Positions 16,969-27,072 are shown, counted from the first letter of the stretch. The stretch is 64,000 nt of DNA from an uncultured Candidatus Saccharibacteria bacterium (GCA_964405095.1 CAYOML010000003.1:11072-75071), one strand, 5' to 3'. Notes: a model not told the origin generated them from the letters alone. Translations and numbers: made by a program.

Positions 16969-18009
16969 TTAAGCTGCTAACTCCAGCGATCTAATCTGTA
17001 CTGTCGTGTCTTCTTGCCATTCATCTTTGAGGACACCTTCACGTGTACGGCGCCGCTGTCGCTCGTGACCGGTCGTAGCCAAAGCTTTCTCGCCGAGCTG
17101 GCGCAAACGTCGGCCGCGTTGTTCGACAAACTGTTGCTCTACCGCTGCGATAACTGCCTCATCTGAGGTCAGTCTGCCCATATCTAAGATACATACCTGT
17201 ACGGGCACGTTCTTGGAAGACCTTGAACGGCGGTAGTAAGTACCAGACTCTAGTGCGGCAGTGGCTTCTTCAGAAGTGAGAGTACCCCTAGCCTCAGCTT
17301 CGTTAACCGCTCGGCGAAAGGCATGGCCTGTCTTTACATCAACCCGTAACTCGAAGTTATCGCGGTTTACAACAACTGCGTCTGTACCGAAGGCGTCTTC
17401 GCGAGCAGTGGCCGGCCTGACGCTCCAGCCCTTGGGTTTTAGGGCGCGGTTTTTTACAGCCGCCAAAAAACGCTTTTCTTGTGCCATACCAGCCACGATC
17501 TTGCCGATCTGCTGCTCACTAAGCACCGGTTGCGAGAGTTCATCACCAAGTATACGAAGGCTGTGCTCGTATAGAGTTTTTTCGAAGCCCGGGATCATGT
17601 CCGGGGGTAAGATAGTCAGGACTCTTTTTACAGCATGGTTAAACTGGATCAGAGTCCTTTTGTTAGCGCGGGTTTCGTCGGTACGTCGTTGTTCTCGCGG
17701 TGTATTGTCAAGGCGCTCTTGGGCGAGCGCAGCATCAGGCATGCTGAGTAATAGTTTGGCGACCTCATGAGTAGCCAGGTTCTCGGGCGTGATAGTGTCT
17801 TGGTCGGCCTCTAAATCTGCGTCCAATAGGTCACGAGCTGTTTTTAGCCAGTCTATCGGTTTTCCCTCCTCGGTAACTAACTGCGCTCTGTCTAGTGCCT
17901 CGTCGGCTTCATAGAGCACTAAAACATCGACAAATTCCCAAAAAAGCTCGCGATTTTGTCGCTCGCCTTGCTCGTGCGTTTCTTGTAATTCAGTTTCGGT
18001 AGTGGCCAT
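16969..18009 (-). CDS. hypothetical protein with PD-(D/E)xK nuclease-like signature
   Basis: 346 aa. GTDAVVV..(9)..LRVDVKT (D..DxK) preceded by AQEKRF. Paralogous to the adjacent 305-aa ORF. Confidence 0.55.
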   Translation of the reverse strand: MATTETELQETHEQGERQNRELFWEFVDVLVLYEADEALDRAQLVTEEGKPIDWLKTARDLLDADLEADQDTITPENLATHEVAKLLLSMPDAALAQERLDNTPREQRRTDETRANKRTLIQFNHAVKRVLTILPPDMIPGFEKTLYEHSLRILGDELSQPVLSEQQIGKIVAGMAQEKRFLAAVKNRALKPKGWSVRPATAREDAFGTDAVVVNRDNFELRVDVKTGHAFRRAVNEAEARGTLTSEEATAALESGTYYRRSRSSKNVPVQVCILDMGRLTSDEAVIAAVEQQFVEQRGRRLRQLGEKALATTGHERQRRRTREGVLKDEWQEDTTVQIRSLELAA

Positions 18010-18142
18010 AAATATCTCTAAATCTAATGCATAACCATACCATTTTCAGTACGATTTAGCAAGGTCGTTTAAATAAAATGTGGACGGCGTGGAATCGAGG
18101 CCCATGCACCATTCCCAGTAGCCCTGCTGCCGAGTAGACAGA

Positions 18143-19060
18143 CTAGTTTCTTACGCCATGCCTGCCAAGTTTACGCAACCAGACTTCTTGTTGAGCTGTT
18201 TGCCCCTTCTCGGCGATAAGATTATCCATATACTCAACAAATGGTGCGGCGACAAGGTTCGGATTTGCGTACCTCAAGCCATCGCTACTTAACCCCCGTA
18301 CACTGTCGGCGTCAAACACACAATGCAGTCTCTTTTCGTTGTGGCGGTCATTCTTTAGTAGATACACATAGCCGTCAATCTGAGCAGCGGCATAATCCTC
18401 ATCGCTTATTCTGCCACTCCGCCAAAGATCGCCTATGGCGTGCGCATATGCTGCGTGTGCTTTTACGTCTATGCCCAGACTCAGTCCAGACTCTTCGTGG
18501 GTAATAGTAATATCGGTGCCGTCTAGGTCTCCAAGAACGCCGCTGCGTCCGGCTACATAGTCTTCGGGTAGAGCGGCATTCAGAGCTTGTTCAACGGCAA
18601 ACTCGCGGCTGACACCGTCGACGATGCTGTCGTAGTCGGGTCGGCTGAACATACTGCTGGCACCGAGCACACGCTCTGCAGTTGCGAAAAAAGTGCCTCG
18701 AAAGCTAACTAAAGCACTGGCTGGTAGTGCCTCAAAGCAATCAACGAGGCTACCGTGGAACTGAATCATTCTGGCTGCTAACCCGCGGTTAGTTGGAGAG
18801 CCTGGCCTAGAGCTCTTTTGTTTGTTTATTTCTAGCTGGGTTCTGGCTGCTGCTGGCACGCTTAATATGGCCGCGGCAATAGCTGCGGCCGGTGTGTCTG
18901 CTCGCCCTCGATAGTCCCCAGATGCCCGCAACTGGCTTTCTATTGGATGCGTCACCATCGCCGCCGCGGTTTGCCAAACCTGCCGAACTACTCCCTCCTG
19001 CTCAGCGCGCCGCGAGACTGTGGGTGGGCGATTGAAGGTGGTGGGCTGTTGGTCGAGCAT
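18143..19060 (-). CDS. hypothetical protein with PD-(D/E)xK nuclease-like signature (paralog of 16969..18009)
   Basis: 305 aa. GTDITIT..(8)..LGIDVKA preceded by SREFAVE. Collinear blocks IQF, LP and G.(I/L)(S/T).E(E/D) are shared with the neighbour. Confidence 0.55.
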   Translation of the reverse strand: MLDQQPTTFNRPPTVSRRAEQEGVVRQVWQTAAAMVTHPIESQLRASGDYRGRADTPAAAIAAAILSVPAAARTQLEINKQKSSRPGSPTNRGLAARMIQFHGSLVDCFEALPASALVSFRGTFFATAERVLGASSMFSRPDYDSIVDGVSREFAVEQALNAALPEDYVAGRSGVLGDLDGTDITITHEESGLSLGIDVKAHAAYAHAIGDLWRSGRISDEDYAAAQIDGYVYLLKNDRHNEKRLHCVFDADSVRGLSSDGLRYANPNLVAAPFVEYMDNLIAEKGQTAQQEVWLRKLGRHGVRN

Positions 19061-19131
19061 GTGTTTTTGTGTTCTGTTTACGTCTTATTAAGACTAACAC
19101 TTTAGTGTAGGTCTGTCAACTTTATGACTAC

Positions 19132-20358
19132 CTATTGAAAATGCCTGAGCGCGTCAATTGGGTCTTTACGGGCAGCTTTAATTGCTGGCCAAGCACCAAA
19201 CAGTATACCAACTCCCAGCGACACACCCATGGCTAGAGTCACGATCCACCAGTTGAAGCCAGGCATAAAGCCAAGGAAAGTACCGGCAAAAAAAGCCAGG
19301 ACATAGCCAAAAATAATGCCAAAGAAGCCACCAACCAGTGTCATCAGCAGCGATTCGATCATAAACTGCGACAAAACCTGATGGTTGGTGGCGCCGACGG
19401 CTTTGCGGATGCCAATCTCACGGGTGCGTTCGGTGACACTAACTAGCATGATGTTCATAATGCCGACACCGCCCACTAAGATGGAAATCGAAGCCACGGC
19501 ACTTATAAACAAGGCAACTGTTCTGAACAGTTGGTCAGTAAGCCGCAGAGCTTCTTCTGGCCTCAATACACTAAAATCTTCCTCACCGTTGTGGTTGGAA
19601 AGCAGCCGAGCGTTAATGTCCTTGGCGACAGCATCGGTGTGCTGGGCACTGGTGGCCTGAACGGTGATTTGCTGGATCTGCACAATGCCTTGGTTGAAGG
19701 CCTTGCCGGCTTCTAAAGGTACAAAAGCGGCGCGGTTCAGGTCGATAATGTTACTAACGGCGATCGACGAGTGAAAATGGTTGAGAATGCCGATAACAAT
19801 ATAATCTTGGCCGCGAATTTTTATTTTTTGACCAATAGCGACGTCCGAGCCGAATAATTCGAGCGCTAAATCCTGCCCAAGCACCACCGTTTCCCTGGCA
19901 GTTTGCGAGCTGATAAATTGACCGGCGCGCAGGCCAAAATTGAGCACCTGCTCGGCGTCGTTGGTTGTCGCTATAATAGTGCCGCTGGCTGGTTTATTGC
20001 CAACAATGCTGCCGGTTACAAACATAAAAGGGGCGGCGCTGTTTACATCCGGCGACTTTTTAACTGTGTTTAAATCGCGTTCGGTGATTGTCGAAGCGCT
20101 AAAGGTTGGCAAGACACCAGAAGTGAACAACGAACCAGCCGCATCGAAGACCACTTTGCCGGGTCGGACAGTGATAATCGTGTCGCCCAGGCCTTTAATC
20201 TGGTCGCTGACCATGTTCTTGGCGCCTTCGCCAAGCCCCAGTACCGCGGTTACTGACGACACGCCGATCATTATGCCCAAGATTGTGAGTGCGGTCCGCA
20301 CGCGTGTTGCCCGAAGGTCAGCATAGGCAATCTTAAGGTCAACCAACCAGCGCAGCAT
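19132..20358 (-). CDS. ABC transporter permease, MacB/FtsX-like
   Basis: 408 aa. N-terminal TM, large periplasmic-type domain, and a C-terminal FtsX 3-TM bundle (REIGIRKAVGA). Confidence 0.85.
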   Translation of the reverse strand: MLRWLVDLKIAYADLRATRVRTALTILGIMIGVSSVTAVLGLGEGAKNMVSDQIKGLGDTIITVRPGKVVFDAAGSLFTSGVLPTFSASTITERDLNTVKKSPDVNSAAPFMFVTGSIVGNKPASGTIIATTNDAEQVLNFGLRAGQFISSQTARETVVLGQDLALELFGSDVAIGQKIKIRGQDYIVIGILNHFHSSIAVSNIIDLNRAAFVPLEAGKAFNQGIVQIQQITVQATSAQHTDAVAKDINARLLSNHNGEEDFSVLRPEEALRLTDQLFRTVALFISAVASISILVGGVGIMNIMLVSVTERTREIGIRKAVGATNHQVLSQFMIESLLMTLVGGFFGIIFGYVLAFFAGTFLGFMPGFNWWIVTLAMGVSLGVGILFGAWPAIKAARKDPIDALRHFQ

Positions 20359-21251
20359 TATTTACGAGCCTTCCGTTTGCGCCTACGAGCGTTGTGGCGC
20401 TTTTTAGCCGCTTTTTTGGGTGTCAGGCTCTCAGTCATTGCTTCGGTGGCGTCGGCGTATTGCTCATTAGCCTTGGCCGCGGCTTCAAGAGCTTTGCGGA
20501 AGGTGTTGAGTGGTCGTTTGGCTTGATCATCAACTTCTTTAATCGGATGTTTGGTGTCGCTGGCGACGGCGCCGTCGATCATTTGAATTATGCGGTCGGC
20601 ATAAATGGCGACATCGGGGTTGTGGGTGACCATAATTATGGTGTTGCCCTGGCGGTGTAAATCGGCCAGCTCCTGCATAATAATCTCACTCGATTTGGTG
20701 TCGAGATTGCCAGTTGGTTCGTCGGCTAGCACAATGGCCGGCTTATTAACCAGTGCTCTGGCAATTGCCACGCGTTGCAACTGGCCGCCGCTTAACTGGT
20801 AAGGCATATAGTACTCGCGATTATTTAGGCCGAAAGTTTTTAATAACTTGCTAGCCATAGTCAGGCGTTTGGTGCGCAGCATACCTTTGTACATAAGTGG
20901 TAGGGCAACATTTTCGATAACGGTTGTGCGGCTGAGCAAGTTAAAGTTTTGAAATACCATGCCGATGTGGTCGCGGCGTAGTTTGGCGCGACGCCGTTGG
21001 CTCAGGTCGGACACTGCCTTGCCCTCCAGATAATATTCGCCGTGAGTTGGAGTATCGAGCAACCCCAATATGTTCATAAGGGTAGTTTTGCCCGAACCAC
21101 TCGGTCCCATAACCGCCACAAATTCACCCTTTTCAATCGTCAACGTCACTTCATCGAGCGCAACCGTAGTAACGTCACCAACGCCGAACATTTTACCCAG
21201 GCCAAATATCTCGATAACCGGCTGCATTATCCTAATTATAGAATTATGCAA
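20358..21251 (-). CDS. ABC transporter ATP-binding protein (MacB/LolD type) with polybasic C-terminal tail
   Basis: 297 aa. Walker A GPSGSGKTT; signature LSGGQLQR; Walker B LADEPT. Tail KKAAKKRHNARRRKRKARK. The start may instead be the internal ATG at 21227. Confidence 0.9.
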   Translation of the reverse strand: MHNSIIRIMQPVIEIFGLGKMFGVGDVTTVALDEVTLTIEKGEFVAVMGPSGSGKTTLMNILGLLDTPTHGEYYLEGKAVSDLSQRRRAKLRRDHIGMVFQNFNLLSRTTVIENVALPLMYKGMLRTKRLTMASKLLKTFGLNNREYYMPYQLSGGQLQRVAIARALVNKPAIVLADEPTGNLDTKSSEIIMQELADLHRQGNTIIMVTHNPDVAIYADRIIQMIDGAVASDTKHPIKEVDDQAKRPLNTFRKALEAAAKANEQYADATEAMTESLTPKKAAKKRHNARRRKRKARK

Positions 21252-21320
21252 GTCGAGCCGCCAGGTTCTTTTTCACAACGGGCGAACTTTAGGGGTAATC
21301 TGTTAAAATAACTGTGTTAC

Positions 21321-21410
<90 letters not shown>

Positions 21411-21512
21411 GGGAACAAGTTGAGGTCGGCCGTTCTTGCCAGCTGAGGTGCTATCCTGACCGTAGTAGAAAAGTTAACATCGTTTTCCACACTTTCTATT
21501 CAGCATAATATA

Positions 21513-21521
21513 TGTTATAAT
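21513..21521 (+). promoter_or_regulatory. extended -10 (TGtTATAAT) 9 nt upstream of the ATG at 21531
   Basis: TGtTATAAT-agatttgtt-ATG, with no SD. Confidence 0.4.
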
Positions 21522-21530
21522 AGATTTGTT

Positions 21531-22379
21531 ATGCACTCAGACGCAGTTTTATCAACTGACCAAGAATACTACGGCAGACACCGAGCTGAATATGACCCCA
21601 AAACAGATGTCGACTTTATTATCGCTGAGCAGTTATTTCATGAATTGCAGGCTGGCAACCACATACTTGAAGGTGCTACTGTAAGACGGCTTCATGCACC
21701 GGCCGATACAGAATCTTATAAAGACTTTGACGATCACCACTTCTTTGATAGATATGATTCGGGGGTCATACCCAACGATCACCGTCCGGCTGTACTAACA
21801 GAAGAGATGATTGACTCCGCCATGCGTGATGGCTATGTCCAGGGAGTTTTCGATGGAGATAAGCTGATAGGCACGCTATGGCTAGAGGCAGACGAAGAAA
21901 AGAAGGATCTACACGTCACAAACGTGTGTGTGAGTGAAGACATGCGTGGCCAAGGAATTGGTAAATATTTTATGGCAACTGCCGCGGCAATAGCTAGGAA
22001 TCGCGGCATGAACAGTCTATCGCTCGATGTTGACCCCTTGAACATCATTGCAATGGGCTTATATCTAGACCTTGGCTACACCATTGATAACTATAAGCGT
22101 GACGACGATGAAGATGTGATCAAGTTTGGCTTGCAAGGTTTTGTGGGCATGGTCAAGAAGTTGAATGGGCGACCTATTAGCTTTAGTACGTTTACAAGGT
22201 CAACAACCGCAGGCCAGAGTGATGTCGTTGAAGATTTATTGGCAAGAGGTTATGTCGGGGTGGGCACAGTGGGGCAGCGCAACACTGGTGAGGAAGCTAG
22301 TAAAAACGGGCTGTTGTTTGCCAGGCCGCGTAGCCGATTTGCGATTGCGGTTCTTCGGATACTTGGCAACGATATCTAG
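21531..22379 (+). CDS. GNAT-family N-acetyltransferase domain protein
   Basis: 282 aa. Acetyl-CoA motif VCVSEDMRGQGIGKYFMATAAAIARNRG in the central region. The flanking ~110-aa N-terminal and ~70-aa C-terminal regions are unrecognised. Confidence 0.6.
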   Translation: MHSDAVLSTDQEYYGRHRAEYDPKTDVDFIIAEQLFHELQAGNHILEGATVRRLHAPADTESYKDFDDHHFFDRYDSGVIPNDHRPAVLTEEMIDSAMRDGYVQGVFDGDKLIGTLWLEADEEKKDLHVTNVCVSEDMRGQGIGKYFMATAAAIARNRGMNSLSLDVDPLNIIAMGLYLDLGYTIDNYKRDDDEDVIKFGLQGFVGMVKKLNGRPISFSTFTRSTTAGQSDVVEDLLARGYVGVGTVGQRNTGEEASKNGLLFARPRSRFAIAVLRILGNDI

Positions 22380-22453
22380 CATTACCTCCGGTGCCACGTT
22401 GACACTACCTTGAGTGTAGTACTACAATACATGTAGCAAAATAAAGCTACTAT

Positions 22454-23470
22454 ATGATAACAGATGTAATAAACCCACCCCAATCTGGTGAGCGCCTGTC
22501 CAAGCACCCACATACCATTTATTTTATTAATCGTCACTCCACAAACTCTCAGCTATATTACGACGAGTGTTTTAACCGATATCTTGATCATGCAGAAGAC
22601 GCAACCTGGATCGACACTACAGTTGACGGCCAATGCACAGATCAGCTATTAGCCGAAGTCGCCAGTCACGACCAGCCAGAACTGATAATCGGGGGTGGTG
22701 ACGGCACGCTCCATATGGCGGTTGAAGCATTGATTGCTGGCTTTATGCCCGAGGAGCTGGCTCGTATCGACCCGGTAATAAATGTGATAGGTATTGGTAA
22801 CGAGAACGATGTGGCCAAGATGCTTCATGGCACATCCTACGATAATATCGATCACGTCCAGAATGGTAATATTCAGCGCGTGCGGCTCTTAATGCTCGAG
22901 AGGCAGGTGAAGCATGAGCTGCCTGGAGGGAATTTTGATAGTTGGCAACATGCACACGCGATAGTCTATTCCTTTGGCGCGGGGGCAACAGCTGAAGGTG
23001 CAAGGTTAGCTAACGAACCCGGGTACCCACCACAAAACGCCCGCGATCCGGAATCCTACTTTGGCAGATTAGAGCACAAGGCCGCCTTATATGTGGCAAA
23101 ACTCCAGCTTGGGCGGCGGGCGATGCGTGCTACATATGAAGGCCGAAACGGTCATAAGAACGATCTCACTGTAGCCAATGGTAGTCGCATGGCAGGTATT
23201 TTCCGTTTCCCGTCACGCTTGAATCAGAGTGGTTTCTTTGTTTCTGAAACTAACGATAGCTTTCTAGGCCGCGTAATTAGCCTCAGTGACCGATTTGTCG
23301 GTATTGGTTACAGCGGTGTCTTACTGGATGGAATCTACTATTTCGACCTCACTGAAGATACCTTGGTTAATGTTGACGGCGAGACATATACTTTGCAGCC
23401 GGGTGCCTACAGGCTACAAGAAGGCCCGGTAGCTCTTGCCTTTCGTGGTGCATACGAAGGAGCAGGCTGA
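22454..23470 (+). CDS. diacylglycerol/lipid kinase catalytic-domain protein (YegS/BmrU-like)
   Basis: 338 aa. LIIGGGDGTLHMAVEAL, the DAGK_cat GGDGT motif. Confidence 0.65.
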   Translation: MITDVINPPQSGERLSKHPHTIYFINRHSTNSQLYYDECFNRYLDHAEDATWIDTTVDGQCTDQLLAEVASHDQPELIIGGGDGTLHMAVEALIAGFMPEELARIDPVINVIGIGNENDVAKMLHGTSYDNIDHVQNGNIQRVRLLMLERQVKHELPGGNFDSWQHAHAIVYSFGAGATAEGARLANEPGYPPQNARDPESYFGRLEHKAALYVAKLQLGRRAMRATYEGRNGHKNDLTVANGSRMAGIFRFPSRLNQSGFFVSETNDSFLGRVISLSDRFVGIGYSGVLLDGIYYFDLTEDTLVNVDGETYTLQPGAYRLQEGPVALAFRGAYEGAG

Positions 23471-23488
23471 TAAAACCTCATTCGTTGC

Positions 23489-23497
23489 TGCTATACT
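23489..23497 (+). promoter_or_regulatory. extended -10 (TGcTATACT) 8 nt upstream of the ATG at 23506
   Basis: TGcTATACT-aaacctgt-ATG. The string tatactaaacct recurs upstream of pyrG. Confidence 0.4.
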
Positions 23498-23505
23498 AAA
23501 CCTGT

Positions 23506-24183
23506 ATGATGCTGCGGGCGGATGCGATTACTAAAATCTATGGTAAGGCCGAGAATGCCTTTGTGGCGCTCGACCGCGTTACGCTAACTATAAAACGCGG
23601 CGAAACCGTGGCGATTGTTGGTAAGTCGGGGTCGGGCAAATCGACACTTATGCACGTACTAGCTGCGCTCGACCGCGTAAATTCGGGCAGTATTTTGTTC
23701 GACGATAAGCCGTACGAAGAGCTGAGCGCTGTCAAACTCGATCACCTGCGCAGCAAAAGTTTTGGCTTTATTTTCCAGCAGTTTTTCTTGAATGGGCGCG
23801 AAACTGTGCTCGAAAACGTGATGTTGCCGCTCAAAATTGCCGGTGCTGGTCACCGGGCTCGCAGGCAGCGTGCGCTCGATGCGCTGGCCGAAGTCGACTT
23901 AAGCGACAAAGTTAACAACCGCGCCGCTGATCTGTCGGGTGGCCAAAAACAACGTGTGGCGACCGCCCGCGCTCTGGTTAACGACCCAGAAGTTATTTTT
24001 GCCGACGAACCAACCGGCAACCTGGACAGCGAAAACGGCAAAAAAGTAATTGATCTGCTGTTCAGACTCAACAAACAAAAGGGGATTACGCTGATTATTG
24101 TGACTCACGACCACGACATCGCGGCCATGTGCAAGCGCCGTTTCGTCATGATTGATGGTCATCTGCAGGAGGCGAAAAAATGA
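23506..24183 (+). CDS. ABC transporter ATP-binding protein (MacB/LolD type)
   Basis: 225 aa. GKSGSGKST; LSGGQKQR; [10 protein letters not shown]. Confidence 0.9.
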   Translation: MMLRADAITKIYGKAENAFVALDRVTLTIKRGETVAIVGKSGSGKSTLMHVLAALDRVNSGSILFDDKPYEELSAVKLDHLRSKSFGFIFQQFFLNGRETVLENVMLPLKIAGAGHRARRQRALDALAEVDLSDKVNNRAADLSGGQKQRVATARALVNDPEVIFADEPTGNLDSENGKKVIDLLFRLNKQKGITLIIVTHDHDIAAMCKRRFVMIDGHLQEAKK

Positions 24184-25448
24184 AGTTTTTAGATCTTCTT
24201 GCCAGCGCCAATCGCAACCTGACTCGCAGCAAACTGCGCACTTTGCTGACAATTTTAGCGATTTTTGTCGGTGGTTTTACTTTGACACTCACCACAGCTC
24301 TCAATACTGGTGCCAGCGAGTACCTGCAGCGCCAACTCGGCAACGTGAGTGTACCGGGGATTTTTGAAGTGTTGCCCAAGACCGACCTCAACCCGCTCGG
24401 TACCGACGAATTAAAAGAATACAATCCCGATAAAAAACAGGTCAGCATTCAATCAATCCTTAGCGCTTCGATGACCGAAAATGACGTCATCAAAATAAAG
24501 AAAGTTGAAGGCGTCGAGTCGGTCACACCATATTATTTACTAGCACCCGAATATATAACCCGTGTGGACGGTGGCAAAAAATACCAGCTCAGCCAATTGT
24601 CGCAGCACTTTGGCCTAAAGCTGGATTTGGCCGCTGGGCGCTTGCCAACCGAGGCCGACAACAACGTGGTGATATTGCCCGAAGGCTACCTAAAGCCAAT
24701 GAACCTGACCGCCAATAGCGCCGTAAGCACCAGGCTTCTCATTGGCTACCGCGATCTTCTAGGTCATCTAACCGAAAAGAGCTTTACGGTGGTTGGTGTC
24801 ATGCGCAAGAGTTTTATAACTGCCGGCCAGGTATTTATCGACATTAATTCCGCCCAAAGCATTGCTAAAGCCCAGGGCCAAGGCGCGCGTTTCTTGGCTT
24901 TATTCGCCACTTTTAAGGGTGTGACCGACCAAACCGACGAATCGGTGTTAAAACAGCGCCTACAATCTGGGGGCGACTACACCGCCATTTCGCTAAAAGA
25001 GCGCATTGGCACAGTTATAACTGTTGTTACGGCCATAACTACCGGTTTGAGCGTGGTTGGCATAATTGCTCTGCTGGCGGCCAGCTTTGGCATTATTAAT
25101 ACTTTGCTGATGAGTGTTTACGAACGCACCAAAGAAGTCGGTCTGATGAAAGCTCTAGGCATGCGGCGGGCCAAGGTCTTTGGGCTGTTTGCCATCGAGG
25201 CGATGCTTGTTGGTTTTTGGGGATCGCTCGTGGCAGTTGGCGCGGCGTGGTTGGCCAGTATTTTTGTAAATAACTGGGCGTCGGCAACCTTTCTTAAAGA
25301 TTTCGAAGGCTTTGTACTTCTGGTGGTTAACCCGTTTGGGGCTGTGTTTGTAATTGCGCTAATTATGCTGATTGCCTTCCTGGCTGGCACATTGCCAGCG
25401 ATTAAAGCATCAAGACTCGATCCAATCGAGGCATTAAGGAGTGAATGA
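24180..25448 (+). CDS. ABC transporter permease, FtsX/MacB-like
   Basis: 422 aa. Overlaps the upstream ATPase stop. C-terminal FtsX domain (ERTKEVGLMKALGM). Confidence 0.85.
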   Translation: MKFLDLLASANRNLTRSKLRTLLTILAIFVGGFTLTLTTALNTGASEYLQRQLGNVSVPGIFEVLPKTDLNPLGTDELKEYNPDKKQVSIQSILSASMTENDVIKIKKVEGVESVTPYYLLAPEYITRVDGGKKYQLSQLSQHFGLKLDLAAGRLPTEADNNVVILPEGYLKPMNLTANSAVSTRLLIGYRDLLGHLTEKSFTVVGVMRKSFITAGQVFIDINSAQSIAKAQGQGARFLALFATFKGVTDQTDESVLKQRLQSGGDYTAISLKERIGTVITVVTAITTGLSVVGIIALLAASFGIINTLLMSVYERTKEVGLMKALGMRRAKVFGLFAIEAMLVGFWGSLVAVGAAWLASIFVNNWASATFLKDFEGFVLLVVNPFGAVFVIALIMLIAFLAGTLPAIKASRLDPIEALRSE

Positions 25449-26167
25449 TGGTCATAGACGTACGTGATCTTAAAGTAGTCCGCCAAGGCAAAGAAATACT
25501 CACAGATATCACCTGTGGCGTACCAAAAGGGCGGATTGTCGGGCTGATAGGGCCCAGCGGTTCGGGCAAGACTACTCTGATGAGGGCAATTATTGGCGCC
25601 CAGAAATTTCAGGCTGGGACTGTGTCGGTGCTCGATCAACCAGCTGGCAGCAGTAAACTACGCCACCAGCTTGGCTATATGGCACAGAGCCCGAGTGTGT
25701 ATAGCAATCTTACAGTTATCGAGAATATGCGCTATTTCAGTCGTCTGCTCGGTTTACCAAAAGGGGAGGCCGATAGGGTAATAGGTGTTGTAGAGCTTAC
25801 ACCACAACGTAAACAATTAGTTAGCACGCTATCTGGTGGCCAGCTGACACGAGTCAGCCTGGCGGTCGCCTTGCTTGGCACACCGCCGCTATTGGTGCTG
25901 GACGAACCAACGGTTGGGCTAGACCCGTTATTGCGCCAAAAACTTTGGGCCTTGTTTGGTCGGTTGGCCACAGCCGGCAGTACACTGTTGGTGTCGAGCC
26001 ACATGATGGAAGAAGCATCACATTGCGGCGAATTACTTTTACTACGCAACGGTGAGTTAATAGCCCAGGGCAGCACCATGAGCCTACTGCAGCAATCCAA
26101 AACCGATAGCCTCGAGAATGCTTTTATAAGCTTGGCCGAAAAACAGGAGGAAGAAGAACATGTTTAA
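25445..26167 (+). CDS. ABC transporter ATP-binding protein (ABC-2/DrrA type)
   Basis: 240 aa. GPSGSGKTT; LSGGQLTR; VLDEPTVGLD. Confidence 0.9.
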   Translation: MMVIDVRDLKVVRQGKEILTDITCGVPKGRIVGLIGPSGSGKTTLMRAIIGAQKFQAGTVSVLDQPAGSSKLRHQLGYMAQSPSVYSNLTVIENMRYFSRLLGLPKGEADRVIGVVELTPQRKQLVSTLSGGQLTRVSLAVALLGTPPLLVLDEPTVGLDPLLRQKLWALFGRLATAGSTLLVSSHMMEEASHCGELLLLRNGELIAQGSTMSLLQQSKTDSLENAFISLAEKQEEEEHV

Positions 26168-26894
26168 AGGCACACTTTCTACTGCCGTTCGAGTTCTGCA
26201 GCAACTGCGCCATGACCATCGAACATTAGCCTTGCTTTGGCTGGTACCAACTTTGCTGCTTTTCTTGCTCCGATATGTGTTCGACAAACAAGATATGGTA
26301 TTCAACGCCGTCGGACCTTCGTTAATTGCTCTGTTTCCGTTTCTGACGATGTTCCTGGTTACCTCGGTAGCCACACAACGAGAGAGATCTGATGGTACTC
26401 TGGAGCGCTTGTTGCGTTTGCCACTAAGCAAGGCTGGTTATGTGTTTGGCTATGCTATAGCTTTTAGCCTTATGGCCATTATTCAGGCGGCCATCGTCAC
26501 CACGGTGAGTTTTAATTGGCTTGGCTTAAGCATCGACGGTTCTGCCTGGCTACTATTTGTGATGACACTGCTAGTGGCGGTGTTGGGTGTGTCGTTGGGT
26601 CTTGCTGCGAGCGCCCTAGCCAAAACCGAATTTCAGGCTGTGCAGTTTATGCCGCTAGTAGTTATGCCACAGTTTTTACTTTGCGGTTTGTTGGTGGCCC
26701 GCGATCAAATGGCCGAGGTGTTAAGAGTAATCTCAGATTATCTGCCGTTGTCTTATGTGGTTGAGGGACTTAGAGAGTTGCAGCATCATACTGATGTTAC
26801 GCAGACATTTATAAATGATATATTGTTGTTGTTAATTTTTGTGGCAGGTGCACTTTTACTGGGTGCGCTGACATTACGTCGCAGAACTTCATAG
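26160..26894 (+). CDS. ABC-2 type transporter permease
   Basis: 244 aa with six predicted TM segments. Overlaps the upstream ATPase. Confidence 0.8.
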   Translation: MFKGTLSTAVRVLQQLRHDHRTLALLWLVPTLLLFLLRYVFDKQDMVFNAVGPSLIALFPFLTMFLVTSVATQRERSDGTLERLLRLPLSKAGYVFGYAIAFSLMAIIQAAIVTTVSFNWLGLSIDGSAWLLFVMTLLVAVLGVSLGLAASALAKTEFQAVQFMPLVVMPQFLLCGLLVARDQMAEVLRVISDYLPLSYVVEGLRELQHHTDVTQTFINDILLLLIFVAGALLLGALTLRRRTS

Positions 26895-26897
26895 CGA

Positions 26898-27024
26898 TTG
26901 ACTGAACCACCCCCAGCTTATTACCGCAACGGTCTGGATGCCGAGTGCAGCCGGAGCAGCCCATCAAGGGCTGCCCCGTGCGGAATGTGCCGTTGAAGTA
27001 ATAAGCTGGGGGTGGTTCAGTCAA
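26898..27024 (-). repeat. family B element, copy B2 (inverted relative to B1)
   Basis: 35-bp arms (ttgactgaaccacccccagcttattaccgcaacgg / ccgttgaagtaataagctgggggtggttcagtcaa, two non-Watson-Crick positions). The 57-nt core is the reverse complement of the B1 core, apart from one substitution and a longer hairpin tip. Confidence 0.85.
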
Positions 27025-27055
27025 CACATGTAGGCTTCCCACCAATTTTATTACC

Positions 27056-27064
27056 TGATATACT
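27056..27064 (+). promoter_or_regulatory. extended -10 (TGaTATACT) 8 nt upstream of the pyrG ATG
   Basis: TGaTATACT-aaacctac-ATG, with no SD. Confidence 0.45.
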
Positions 27065-27072
27065 AAACCTAC

